A DNA stretch of 64,000 bases from an uncultured delta proteobacterium (GTDB lineage Bacteria; Myxococcota_A; Polyangia; Palsa-1104). The stretch is taken from assembly GCA_963785725.1 (NCBI GenBank), contig CAWAWS010000015.1:64001-128000 (forward strand), given 5' to 3'. Below are positions 47,090-56,750 of this stretch, one piece after another; the first letter of the stretch is position 1, and each line of letters opens with the position of its first letter. The notes under the pieces are model-generated. The model was not told the DNA's origin. It did not search any database and saw only the letters and a program-made list of their open reading frames with translations. Made by a program: the position numbers and the translations under genes.

Positions 47090-47854
47090 ATGAAACGGGT
47101 TTCCTCGATTGTGTGTGGGCTGGTCGCGGTCGCGTTCGTCGGCTGTGGCGGCGGCTCTTCGAACAACAATGGCGGCGGCGGCGGTAGCGCCGGCGGCACC
47201 GGCGGCGGCAGCGCCGGTGGAACGGCCGGCGGCGGCGGTGGCGGCACGGCCGGCGGCGGCGGCACGGTCGTGCAGAACCCGCCCGACATGACGGCGCCGG
47301 CGACGTTGCCGTTCGCCGTCGACGACGAATACGCGGCCAGCGGCTACATGGGCGACGGCGCGACCGTCGGTGTCGTGACGATGTTGCCGGCCAAGACCAC
47401 CGACTCCCAAGACTGTAACGGCAACCGCTCGAGCGCGACCGCGCTCGGCGTCTGCCACACGATCACGTACGTGCCGCTGGCGGCGACGGCGACCCCGGCG
47501 CCGGCCGGTTGGGCCGGCGTCTACTGGCAGTATCCGGCGAACAACTGGGGCACGAAGCCCGGCTTCGCCATTCCGCCCGGCGCCACCAAGGTCAGCTTCT
47601 GGGCGCGCGGCGACGCGGGCGGCGAGCTCGTCGGCTTCATCGCCGGCGGCATCGTCACGGCGGGCGCGAGCTACTCGGACAGCCTGAAGGCGAGCACGCC
47701 GACCGAGACGTTGACGACGACGTGGACGCAGTACTCGATGGATCTGACGGGCTTTACGTACACGCAGGTCTTGGGCGGCTTCGCCTGGACGATGGGCGCG
47801 CCGGCGGGCGGCACGACCGCCAAGTTCTACGTCGACGACATCGAGTGGCAATAG
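47090..47854 (+). CDS. Lipoprotein with Gly-rich linker and one CBM-like domain (same domain as 44492-45706)
   Basis: GGAGG RBS and FVGC lipobox; YAASGYMGD, WAGVYWQYPANNWG and FYVDDIEW motifs. Confidence 0.8.
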   Translation: MKRVSSIVCGLVAVAFVGCGGGSSNNNGGGGGSAGGTGGGSAGGTAGGGGGGTAGGGGTVVQNPPDMTAPATLPFAVDDEYAASGYMGDGATVGVVTMLPAKTTDSQDCNGNRSSATALGVCHTITYVPLAATATPAPAGWAGVYWQYPANNWGTKPGFAIPPGATKVSFWARGDAGGELVGFIAGGIVTAGASYSDSLKASTPTETLTTTWTQYSMDLTGFTYTQVLGGFAWTMGAPAGGTTAKFYVDDIEWQ

Positions 47855-50088
47855 CGCCGACGCAGCCACAGCGCCGCCAGCAGTAACAGCCCGAGCGGCC
47901 CCGCCGCTTCGCCTTTCCCATCCGCACCCGCCATCGCGCAGCCGCCCGCTCGGGCGGCATTTCCCGTCGCCGCTTCGCTGCCTAGATCGGGCGTCGCGCC
48001 GAGATCGAGCGCCAAGTCGGCGCCGGCCAAGTCGACCGGCAGCGACAGATCCGAGCCCGGCGGCGCCGCGGCGATGGGCACCGCGAACGTCGCCGTCGCC
48101 ATGACGACGAAGGGCGCGCGATCGTGGCTCGTCCACACCTGCATGAGATCGCTGCCGCGTGCGTTCGAGCTGTCGTTGGCGGCGAGAAAGTCGACGTAGT
48201 CCTTCGACATCGTCTGGTACACGAGCTGCGCCGAGACCGTCAGCGTGCCGCTCGCGTCCGGCGGCAGCGTCAGCGTGTAGGTCGTATCGTCCCAGTTGGG
48301 CAGCTTGCCGTTGGTCGCCGGATACAACGTCGCCGGCACCGGCGCCATCTCGTCGAAGTTGGCCGCGCTCGAGTCGAAGCCGCTCGGCGGAATGCGATTG
48401 TCGGCGTACACGATCTGATTGCGCACGAAGTGAAACTGCTGCGGATACGCCGTCGCAGCCGCGCCAGCGGCGCCCAGCTCGATCTCGTAAATCTTCAGCT
48501 GCGCGTCGCGCGTCAAGATGCCGGTGGTCGCGTCGTAGTCGCCCGAGTCGAGCAGCGTCTGCCCGTCGGTCGTCGTCGCCGTGACCATGAGCCACATGCG
48601 TCGCCCTTCGGGATAGCCGGTCGGCAGCTTGTGGCCGGTCTGGTTCGTCGTGCGCAGCGTGAAGCTGAAGGGCTGACCGGCGGCCGCGCTCGCGTTGCCG
48701 TCGCGACGGGTCAGCGTCGCCGCCGCCGCCAACATCGCCTGCGCGCTCGCCTGCGTGTTGTCGTATTCGGTGTAGCTGGCGGTGCCGTTGTTGACGAGCG
48801 CGTACAGCCACGCCGGGTCGGCGGCGCCGATGTCGCGCAAGACCGTCGGAATCCAGACGTTGCCGCCGGCCAAGATGTGCTGCGGCACGCCGCTGTGCGT
48901 AAGGCCTTGGCTGCCCGAGGCGGCGTCGAAGCAGACCGGCGTCGCCGTGTTGGCCGCGGCCATGTGGCAGCCTTGGCAGGCTTGGTCGAGCGCGCCGCCC
49001 GGTCGATAGTCGGACGCGGCCCACTCGCTGAACGTGCGCTCGATGGGCATCTTGTAGCCGCGATCGCTGCCGTCGCTGTTCAAGCGATCGAGGACGGGGT
49101 TGGTGACGTCGTGGCACAGCCCGCACAAGGTGCCTTCGCTCTGCAGCCCCGAATATTGACCGGGATGCGGATGCGTGTCGCCCGATTGCAGGCCGATCGT
49201 CGCGTACGGGCCGAAGCGGGTGGCGCGCGGGCTCAGCCAATCGGCATTGGTGCCCGACAACGTCGACAAGAGATAGTTGCCGCCGTAAAGGCGCGTCGCG
49301 TTGCCGGTCGGATCGAGGCGATGGCAGAGCGCGCACTGCACCCCTTCGGTGTCGTCGTAGACGTCCGCCGTCTCGCCGGCGCCGTTGGTGACGAGCTGCT
49401 CGTACGGCTCCGCGTGCGTGTCGCTCGACGACGGATGCATGCGAGCCGCCGGATTCTCGAAGTCGACGAGGCAGTAGCCGTTGGCGATGCGCTCGGGCGT
49501 CTCCGCGCAGAAGTCGCGGTTGGTCGGCGTCGTCGAGCAGTCGCCATTGGCGGCGAGGCAGCGGCAGAGATTGGGCGACGCCGGGTCGTAGCTGTTGCAC
49601 GGGTAGCGATTGGGATTGCTGGCGTCGGCGGTGGTCGCCTGCCCGCCGATGGTCGGCGGCGGATTCGCCTGCGTATGCCCGTCGAGGAAGCCGGCCGGCG
49701 AATGGCAGCGCAGACAATAATCGCCGCCGATGTAGTCGGGATCGCCCGGCAGCGGATCGCTCGGCGACGAGTCCTGGTTGGCGATGGCGAGCGCGGCGTA
49801 GAAGATCGGGTCGCGCGTGGCGTTGGCCATCATCGTGCCCTTCCAGCCGTTGCCGGGCCAGGCCGTCGAATTCTCGGACGTGTGGCACTCGACGCAATAG
49901 GCGGCGCGCTCGAGCTGCAGGCCGCCGACGGTCGTGCCGGCCACCAGCGGCGCGACCGGCAGCTGATTGTCGGCGCTGCCGAGGAGCGCGGCCGGGTAGG
50001 TGCGCGGCTGCGTGCCGGGCTGATAGACGTCGGCGCGCGCCACCGCGACACCGACGAACGACGACAGCAAGACCAGGGTAACGCGCAT
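47827..50088 (-). CDS. Secreted pentaheme c-type cytochrome with MYXO-CTERM-like tail
   Basis: CVECH, CLRCH, CALCH, CGLCH and CQGCH; GHKLPTG; tail GGCAM...LLLLAALWLRRR. Confidence 0.88.
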   Translation of the reverse strand: MRVTLVLLSSFVGVAVARADVYQPGTQPRTYPAALLGSADNQLPVAPLVAGTTVGGLQLERAAYCVECHTSENSTAWPGNGWKGTMMANATRDPIFYAALAIANQDSSPSDPLPGDPDYIGGDYCLRCHSPAGFLDGHTQANPPPTIGGQATTADASNPNRYPCNSYDPASPNLCRCLAANGDCSTTPTNRDFCAETPERIANGYCLVDFENPAARMHPSSSDTHAEPYEQLVTNGAGETADVYDDTEGVQCALCHRLDPTGNATRLYGGNYLLSTLSGTNADWLSPRATRFGPYATIGLQSGDTHPHPGQYSGLQSEGTLCGLCHDVTNPVLDRLNSDGSDRGYKMPIERTFSEWAASDYRPGGALDQACQGCHMAAANTATPVCFDAASGSQGLTHSGVPQHILAGGNVWIPTVLRDIGAADPAWLYALVNNGTASYTEYDNTQASAQAMLAAAATLTRRDGNASAAAGQPFSFTLRTTNQTGHKLPTGYPEGRRMWLMVTATTTDGQTLLDSGDYDATTGILTRDAQLKIYEIELGAAGAAATAYPQQFHFVRNQIVYADNRIPPSGFDSSAANFDEMAPVPATLYPATNGKLPNWDDTTYTLTLPPDASGTLTVSAQLVYQTMSKDYVDFLAANDSSNARGSDLMQVWTSHDRAPFVVMATATFAVPIAAAPPGSDLSLPVDLAGADLALDLGATPDLGSEAATGNAARAGGCAMAGADGKGEAAGPLGLLLLAALWLRRRYCHSMSST

Positions 50089-50214
50089 TACTGGGCTGTT
50101 TTATTGTCGCATCTTCGGCGGCCGTCTATCAAGCGCCGCCTGCAACTCTTCATCGGGAACGCGCAATCGACCAAAGCCTCATTGAATGCGAGCGCGCCGC
50201 GCATAGGTTTTACA

Positions 50215-53200
50215 GTGGTGACTTCCGGGCAGCTTCAGCCTCAGGTGCGACCGGTGACGCAGACGCAGTCGAGCGGCCTCTTCGCCGATGGCGGCGAGTG
50301 CGCAGCGCTCATGCGCGCCGTCGATTGGTCGCGCACGTCGCTCGGCGCCGTCGAGTCGTGGCCGGCCAGCGTGCGCGCGCTCGTGCCGGTGATGTTGGCC
50401 TCGCGCTTCGCCATGCGGCTCGTGTGGGGACCCGACCACACAATGCTCTACAACGACGCCTACCGGCCGATCTTGGGCGCGCGCAAACATCCGGCGGCGA
50501 TGGGCCGGCGCACGTCGGAGAGCTTCGCCGAAGTGTGGGACGTCGTCGGTCCGCTCTTCGGCCGCGTCTACAGCGGCGAGGCGGTCGGCCTCGACGATCT
50601 GCTGCTGCCGCTCGATCGCAACGGCTACCGCGAAGAGTGCTACTTCACGCTGTCGTACAGCCCCGTCTGCGACGACGGGGGCGCGGTCGGCGGCGTGCTC
50701 GGCGTCGTGCACGAGACGACCGAGCGCGTCTTGGCCGAGCGGCGCCTGCGCACCTTGCGCGACCTGGCCGGCGCGACGGCGCAGGCGGCTTCGGCCGACG
50801 ACGCCTGTCGCCTCGCCGGACAAGCGCTGGCGGCCAACGGCGCCGACGCGCCTTTCGCGCTCTTTTATCTGCTCGAGGCGCCGGGGCGCGCGCGGCTGAG
50901 CTGGCAAGTCGGGCTCGATGAGCGTGCCGACGTCGCCGCGCCCGTCGTCGACGTGACCGCGGACCGGCTCGGTCGCTGGCCGCTGGCCGCGTCGGGCCCG
51001 TCGGTCGTCGCCGACCTGGCGACGCGCTGGGACGGCCTCGTCGCCGGCCCGGCCAGCGCCTGCGCCGGCGAGCCGATGCGCGAAGCCGTCGTCCTCCGGC
51101 TCGATCGCGCCGGCTTCGGGGCGCTCGGCTTCCTCGTCGTCGGCGTCAATCCGCGCCGCGCCCTCGACGACGCCTATCGCACCTTCTTCGCCCTCATGAG
51201 CGAGCACGTCGTGGCGGCGCTGACCAACGGCCAAGCGCGCCGCGAGACCGAGCTGGCCCGCGTGCGGCTCTATTCGCAGTTCATGCAGGCGCCGGTCGCG
51301 GTGTCGGTCGTGAGCGGCGAGGACTTCGTCTACGACTTAGCGAACCCGCTCTACGAAGGCATGGTCGGACGACGCAACCTCACCGGTCGCACGATGGCGC
51401 AGGTCTTTCCCGAGCTGCCGCCCGATGCGCCGGTGTTCGCCATGCTGCGCGAGATCTATCGCAGCGGCCAGCCGTTCGCCGCCGAGGAATATGCGGTGCC
51501 GCTCGACGTCGGCGGCGGTCGCATCGAAGAGCGCGTCTTCAAGTTCACCTGCCAGCCGCTGCGCGACGCGGCCGGCGCCCTGTTCGGCATCATGACGGTG
51601 GCGCTCGACGTGACGGCGCAAGTGCGGGCGCGGCTGGAGCTCGCGGCGGCGCGCGGGCTCTTGGAGGCGGTGGTGGCGCAGATGCCGTCGGGCGTGCTCA
51701 TCGCCGACGCGGCGAGCGAGCGCGTCATCATCGTCAACGAGCAGCTGCGCCGCCTCTTCGGCGACGGCGCGGTGGCGCAAGGCGCGGGCGCGAGCGAGGC
51801 GGCGCAGCTCGTCGCCGCGCACGCCGACGGGCGGCCCTTGCAGCCGGACGAGCATCCGCTCCTGCGCGCGCTGGCCGGTGAGCGGCTGTTCGACGAGGAG
51901 CTGACCATCCCCGCCGCCGACGGCTCGCGCCGGGTCGTCTCGGCCAGCGCCGCGCCCGTCCGCGACGGCGAAGGGCGCATCATCGCCGCCGCTGCCACCT
52001 TCGCCGACGTCAGCGACCGCAAGCGCGAGGAGGAGCAGCGCCGGCAGCTGCTGACGCGCGAACGGGAGGCGCGCGCGGAAGCGGAGGTGGCCAGCCGCGC
52101 CAAGGACGAGTTCTTGGCCATGCTCGGGCACGAGCTGCGCAACCCGCTGGCGCCGATCCTGACGGCGTTGCAGCTCTTGCGCATGCGCCATCCCGATGCG
52201 GGCGAGCGCGAGCGCGGCATCATCGAGCGGCAGGTCGATCACGTGTGCCGGCTCGTCGACGACCTGCTCGACGTCGCGCGCATCCGTCAAGGTCGCATCA
52301 CGCTGCAGCGCGAGCGCATCGAGGTCTACGCCGCGGTGGCCAAGGCGATCGAGATGGCCAGCCCGCTCGTCGAGCCCAAGCGGCACACGCTGGCGCTCGA
52401 CGTCGCGCACACCGGCCTACTCGTCGACGGCGATCTCGACGCGGCTGGCGCAGATCGTCTACAACCTCGTCGCCAACGCCGCGAAATATACCGAGCCGGG
52501 CGGGCGCATCGAGGTCGTGGTCTCGCGCCGCGACGCGCATATCGTGCTGTGCGTGCGCGACAACGGCATCGGGCTGTCGGACGAGGTCAAGCCGCGGCTC
52601 TTCGAGTCCTTCGTGCAAGAGCGGCAGGCGCTCGACCGCGCGCAAGGCGGGCTCGGCCTCGGCCTCAGCATCGTGCGCAGCTTGGTGGTGATGCACGGCG
52701 GCCAGGTGTTCGCGCGCAGCGAAGGCGCCGGCCGCGGCTCCGAGTTCATCGTGCGCCTGCCCGCCGCCGACCTGCGCCAGCCGGCGCCGACGCCGCCGCG
52801 CGGCCTGCCGCTCTTGCCGACTGGGGCGGCGACGGCGGCGCGACGGCGCATCCTCATCGTCGACGACAACGTCGATGCCGCCGACCTCCTGCGCGACGTG
52901 CTCGCCTCGTTCGGCCACGACGTGACCGTGGCCCACGACGGCCCGACGGCGCTGCCGCTGGCGGCGGCGACCGCCTTCGACCTGGCGCTGCTCGACATCG
53001 GCCTGCCGGTCATGGACGGCTACGAGCTGGCGCAGCAGCTCCGCCGACTGCCGGGCCGCGGCGACTGCAAGCTCATCGCCGTCACCGGCTACGGCCAAGA
53101 CGCCGATCGCCGCCGCGCGCTGCAGGTCGGCTTCGATCGCCACCTCGTCAAGCCGGTGCGCGTCGAAGAGCTGCAGCACGTCCTCGACGGGCTGTTCGCG

Positions 53201-53221
53201 CCGGCCGCGACGATCGCGTAG
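50215..53221 (+). CDS. Hybrid histidine kinase (PAS-GAF-PAS-PAS-HisKA-HATPase-REC); one extra base near 52437 splits the frame; start approximate
   Basis: DWSRTSLG, YNDAY and LGHELRNPL in one frame; RLAQIVYNLVANAAKYT, GGLGLGL and LDIGLPVMDG in the next. Confidence 0.88.
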
Positions 53222-53345
53222 CCGGCCGCCGGCGCCGAGCGTCCTCGCGCGGCACCCGTAAAAGCCGCCGCCGGCGCGACGACATATTGCCGCAGCGCCG
53301 CTTTTTGGTTGTTAGTTATTAGGTAATTCAGTTTACAATGACCTC

Positions 53346-54332
53346 GTGCGAGGCCTTTGTCTGCTGCTCCTGGTTTCGGCTGCCGCCTCGGCCGATCCGG
53401 TGCGGCTGCGCGTCGCCACCATCGCGCCCGACGGCTCCGCCTGGTCGCGCGAGATGCGCGCCATGAGCCGCGACGTGCTCGCGCAGACCAACGGCAACGT
53501 CGAGCTGCGCTGGTACTTCGACGGCATCGCCGGCGACGAGGAGCAAGTGGTCGAGCGCATCGCCAAAGGGCAGCTCGAAGGCGTCGGCGCCGGCATCGTG
53601 TGCACGCGCCTCGCGCCGTCGTTGCGCATCCTGCGCGTGCCCGGCATGTTCGGCAATTGGGCCGAATCGCTCTACGTCATGAGCCGCCTGCGCCCGCGCG
53701 TCGCCGCCGAGTTCGAGGCGCACGGTTACGTCAGCCTCGGCGAAGGCGGCTTCGGCAACGACCTCGTCTTCTCGAATACGCCGGTGACGACCTTGGCGCA
53801 GCTGCAGAAGGGCCGCTTCGGCTTTTGGAACATCGACGACGTCATGCGCGAGGCGCTGCCTCTGGCCGGCATGCACGCCGTGCCGGTGCGCATCGCCGAG
53901 GCGCGCGCCGCCTTCGAGCGCGGCGACATCGACGGCATCATCACCATGCCTTCGCCGGCGCTGGCGTTTCAGTTCTCGTCGGTGGCGCGCTATTACTCGG
54001 AGCTGCCGCTGGCGTTCATGCCGGCGTGCCTGCTCATCGCGCGCAGCGCCTTCGACGCGCTGTCGATCGACGATCAGCGCGTGCTGCGCGCGGCCGGCGC
54101 CAAGTTTCAGGCGCGCATCAACGATCTCGGCCGCGAGCAGGACGGGCGGCTGATGGGCGGCCTGTTCGAGCATCAAGGGCTGCACAAGCTGCCGCCGAGC
54201 GAGCTCTTTCGCAGCGAGTTCTTCGCCATGGCGCAGAAGGTTCGCGCCGATCTCGACCACAACCTGGTGCCGCCGAGCCTGATGGAGCTGGTCTTGCGCT
54301 GGCTGGCCGACTACCGCGCGGAGAACCGCTGA
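53346..54332 (+). CDS. TRAP transporter DctP-type substrate-binding protein
   Basis: Signal peptide; LRVATIAPDGSAW, GDEEQVVERI and GDIDG motifs. Confidence 0.85.
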   Translation: MRGLCLLLLVSAAASADPVRLRVATIAPDGSAWSREMRAMSRDVLAQTNGNVELRWYFDGIAGDEEQVVERIAKGQLEGVGAGIVCTRLAPSLRILRVPGMFGNWAESLYVMSRLRPRVAAEFEAHGYVSLGEGGFGNDLVFSNTPVTTLAQLQKGRFGFWNIDDVMREALPLAGMHAVPVRIAEARAAFERGDIDGIITMPSPALAFQFSSVARYYSELPLAFMPACLLIARSAFDALSIDDQRVLRAAGAKFQARINDLGREQDGRLMGGLFEHQGLHKLPPSELFRSEFFAMAQKVRADLDHNLVPPSLMELVLRWLADYRAENR

Positions 54333-54458
54333 GCGTCCGTCGGCGCGCGACGTGTGCCGGTGTGCCGCCTTGACCGACGTTGGCGACGACGATTGTTGGG
54401 GACGATCGTGCTGACTAAGCGGTAAAATGGGGCGCGCGCGATTCACGTGAGGAGGGGG

Positions 54459-55460
54459 ATGAGCGGTATGCGCTGGGTGGGCCTCGGCATCATCGGCATC
54501 ATCACGATGCTGGGCTTCGGCGCCGTCGCCGAGGAGCCCAACATCGTCTTGCGCATGGCGACGCAGGCGCCCGACGGCACCGAGTGGGCGCGCGAGTCGC
54601 GCGCCTTCGCGCAGGACGTCGAGGACGCCACGCAAGGCTCGCTGCGCATCAAGTGGTACTTCAGCGGCATCGCCGGCACCGAGTTCGACGAGCTCGAGCG
54701 CATGCGCCGCGGTCAGCTCGACGGCATGGCCGGCGCGCTCTACTGCGAGCACCTGGCGCCGTCCTTGTACGCGATGGAGATGCTGGGCATGGTGCACACG
54801 CAGCAAGAGGCGGCGTCGCTCCTGCACGAGCTCTTGCCCATCGTCGACAAAGAGCTGGCGGCGACGCAGTTTCGCGCGCTCTTCGTCAGCCTCGGCTTCG
54901 GCCACCGCGTGCTCTTCTCGCGCAATCCCGTGCGCAGCATGGCCGACCTGCGCCAAGGTCACTACTGGGTCTGGGATCTCGACGACGTCCTGCGCAAGCA
55001 GCTGCAGGAGATGGGCGTGCACGTCGTGCCGTTGTCGCTCGGCGAAGCGCGCCACGCCTACGAGCAGCACGAGATCGACGGCTTCTTCGTCATCCCGCAG
55101 GGCGCGCTCGCGTTCCAGTATTCGAGCATCGCGCACTATTACACCGATCTCGAGACCGGCTATTTGCCGGGCTGCGTCGTCATGAAGACGTCGTCGATCG
55201 ATCAGATTCCCTACGCGCACCAGCTGTCGCTCATGGCCGCCGCCGGCAAGCTCAAGGCGCGCTTCGAGGACACCGGGCTGCGCATGGACGAGCAGCTCAT
55301 GCACACCCTGTTCATCAAGCAGGGCCTGGAAGCGGTGCCGATGAGCGCCGCCTTCCGCGACGAGTGGTTCAAAGAGGGCCGCGCCGTCTACCAGCGTCTG
55401 CGCGAGCAGCTGGTGCCGTCGGTCGCCGGCCGCTCGCTCCTGGAAACGCCGCGCAAGTAG
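54459..55460 (+). CDS. TRAP transporter DctP-type substrate-binding protein (paralog)
   Basis: Signal peptide; LRMATQAPDGTEW, GQLDG and ALAFQY motifs. Confidence 0.85.
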   Translation: MSGMRWVGLGIIGIITMLGFGAVAEEPNIVLRMATQAPDGTEWARESRAFAQDVEDATQGSLRIKWYFSGIAGTEFDELERMRRGQLDGMAGALYCEHLAPSLYAMEMLGMVHTQQEAASLLHELLPIVDKELAATQFRALFVSLGFGHRVLFSRNPVRSMADLRQGHYWVWDLDDVLRKQLQEMGVHVVPLSLGEARHAYEQHEIDGFFVIPQGALAFQYSSIAHYYTDLETGYLPGCVVMKTSSIDQIPYAHQLSLMAAAGKLKARFEDTGLRMDEQLMHTLFIKQGLEAVPMSAAFRDEWFKEGRAVYQRLREQLVPSVAGRSLLETPRK

Positions 55461-55533
55461 CCGCGTTCGATCTAAGTAAGCTTAGATCAGCAAGCTTATA
55501 TACCGATGTTGAGTGGGCGCGAAGCGGCGGGCG

Positions 55534-56607
55534 CTAACGGGCTTCTTTGACGGCGCGGTTGCGGCCGCGCTTCTTGGCGCCGTAGAGCGCGGCGTCGGCG
55601 CGCGCCAAGAGCGTCGCGGCCGTGTCGTCGGCGCGCCAGGCGGCGACGCCGATGCTGACGGTGAACTTGACCTTGTCGCCCGACTCGAGCGCGTAGAGCC
55701 GCTCGGCTTGCGTCTTACAGATGTTCGTCGCCTTGGCCATCGCCGGCTTGAGCGGCGCGCCCGGCAGGATGAGCGCGAACTCCTCGCCGCCGTAGCGCGC
55801 CACGAGGTCGTTGGCGCGCGTCATCTCGCGCAGCGTCTGCACGAGGCCGATGAGCGCGCGATCGCCGATGGGATGGCCGTGCGTGTCGTTGAACTGCTTG
55901 AAGTGGTCGACGTCGACGAGCATGAGCGCGAAGCCGGGCCCGCCCAGCGCCGCGCGCTCCGACAGGTCGCGCATGCAGCGGTCGAAGGCGAGGCGATTGG
56001 CCGCCGTCGTCAAGCCGTCGCGCAGCGCCTCTTTCTTGGCCGCCTCGACGTCCGACTGCAAGACGGCCACCTCGCGCTTCAAGCTCTCCATGCGCGCCGC
56101 TTCCTGCTCCTGCTTTTCGCGCACGGTCGCCCGCAGCTGACCGACCTCGGAGTGCAGCTCTTGGCGCACGCGGCGCAAGTCGTCGAGCTGCGACAGCCGC
56201 TCCAAGTTCATGCTGCGCTGCTGCAGCCGCTGGTGAAACGAGGCGTTCTCCTTGTCCACCGTCGACAACCCATCGGTGAGCAGGCTGATGATCTGGCGGA
56301 ATTCGGCGTCGCGATCGCCCAAGTTGCGCTTGATGCGGGCGGCGAAGTCGAACACCTCGTCGCGGCTCTCGGCCAGCTGATCCTTGATCTCGGGCGGCAT
56401 CGGCTCGGCCTGCAGCGCGTCACCGACGAGGTCGAGGTTGCGCTTGAGCGTCTCGGCGCCGATCTCGTCGACGTCGAGCGCCAGCTCCTTCATGCACGAC
56501 AAGAAGCCGCGCGCCGCCTCGACCAACAGCGCTTCGCGTCCGCGCAGCCGCTTGATCTCGGGACCTAGCGCCACCTGAGGCGGACGTCTCCGCTGAAAAA
56601 TTTTCAC
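55534..56607 (-). CDS. Diguanylate cyclase (GGEEF) with coiled-coil N-terminus
   Basis: DGLT, DVDHFKQFNDTHGHPIGD, RAND I-site and RYGGEEF motifs. Confidence 0.95.
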   Translation of the reverse strand: MKIFQRRRPPQVALGPEIKRLRGREALLVEAARGFLSCMKELALDVDEIGAETLKRNLDLVGDALQAEPMPPEIKDQLAESRDEVFDFAARIKRNLGDRDAEFRQIISLLTDGLSTVDKENASFHQRLQQRSMNLERLSQLDDLRRVRQELHSEVGQLRATVREKQEQEAARMESLKREVAVLQSDVEAAKKEALRDGLTTAANRLAFDRCMRDLSERAALGGPGFALMLVDVDHFKQFNDTHGHPIGDRALIGLVQTLREMTRANDLVARYGGEEFALILPGAPLKPAMAKATNICKTQAERLYALESGDKVKFTVSIGVAAWRADDTAATLLARADAALYGAKKRGRNRAVKEAR

Positions 56608-56750
56608 GATACAGATCCAATCGAGCCGACCGCGTGTGACTTGAGCGCCTATCTGTAAGTCCTTGTGTCAGTAGCGGTTGCGTGACGGGGAATGCAACGG
56701 GCGTCACGGTTTTTTCTTTACTGTCGGGCGCCATCTTCTATGCTGCGCCA

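Noticed and set aside
48124..50214. N-terminal 700 aa of the 1732-aa ORF as part of the kinase
   Set aside because: It is antisense to the pentaheme cytochrome; kinase-like sequence begins only near 50215-50254
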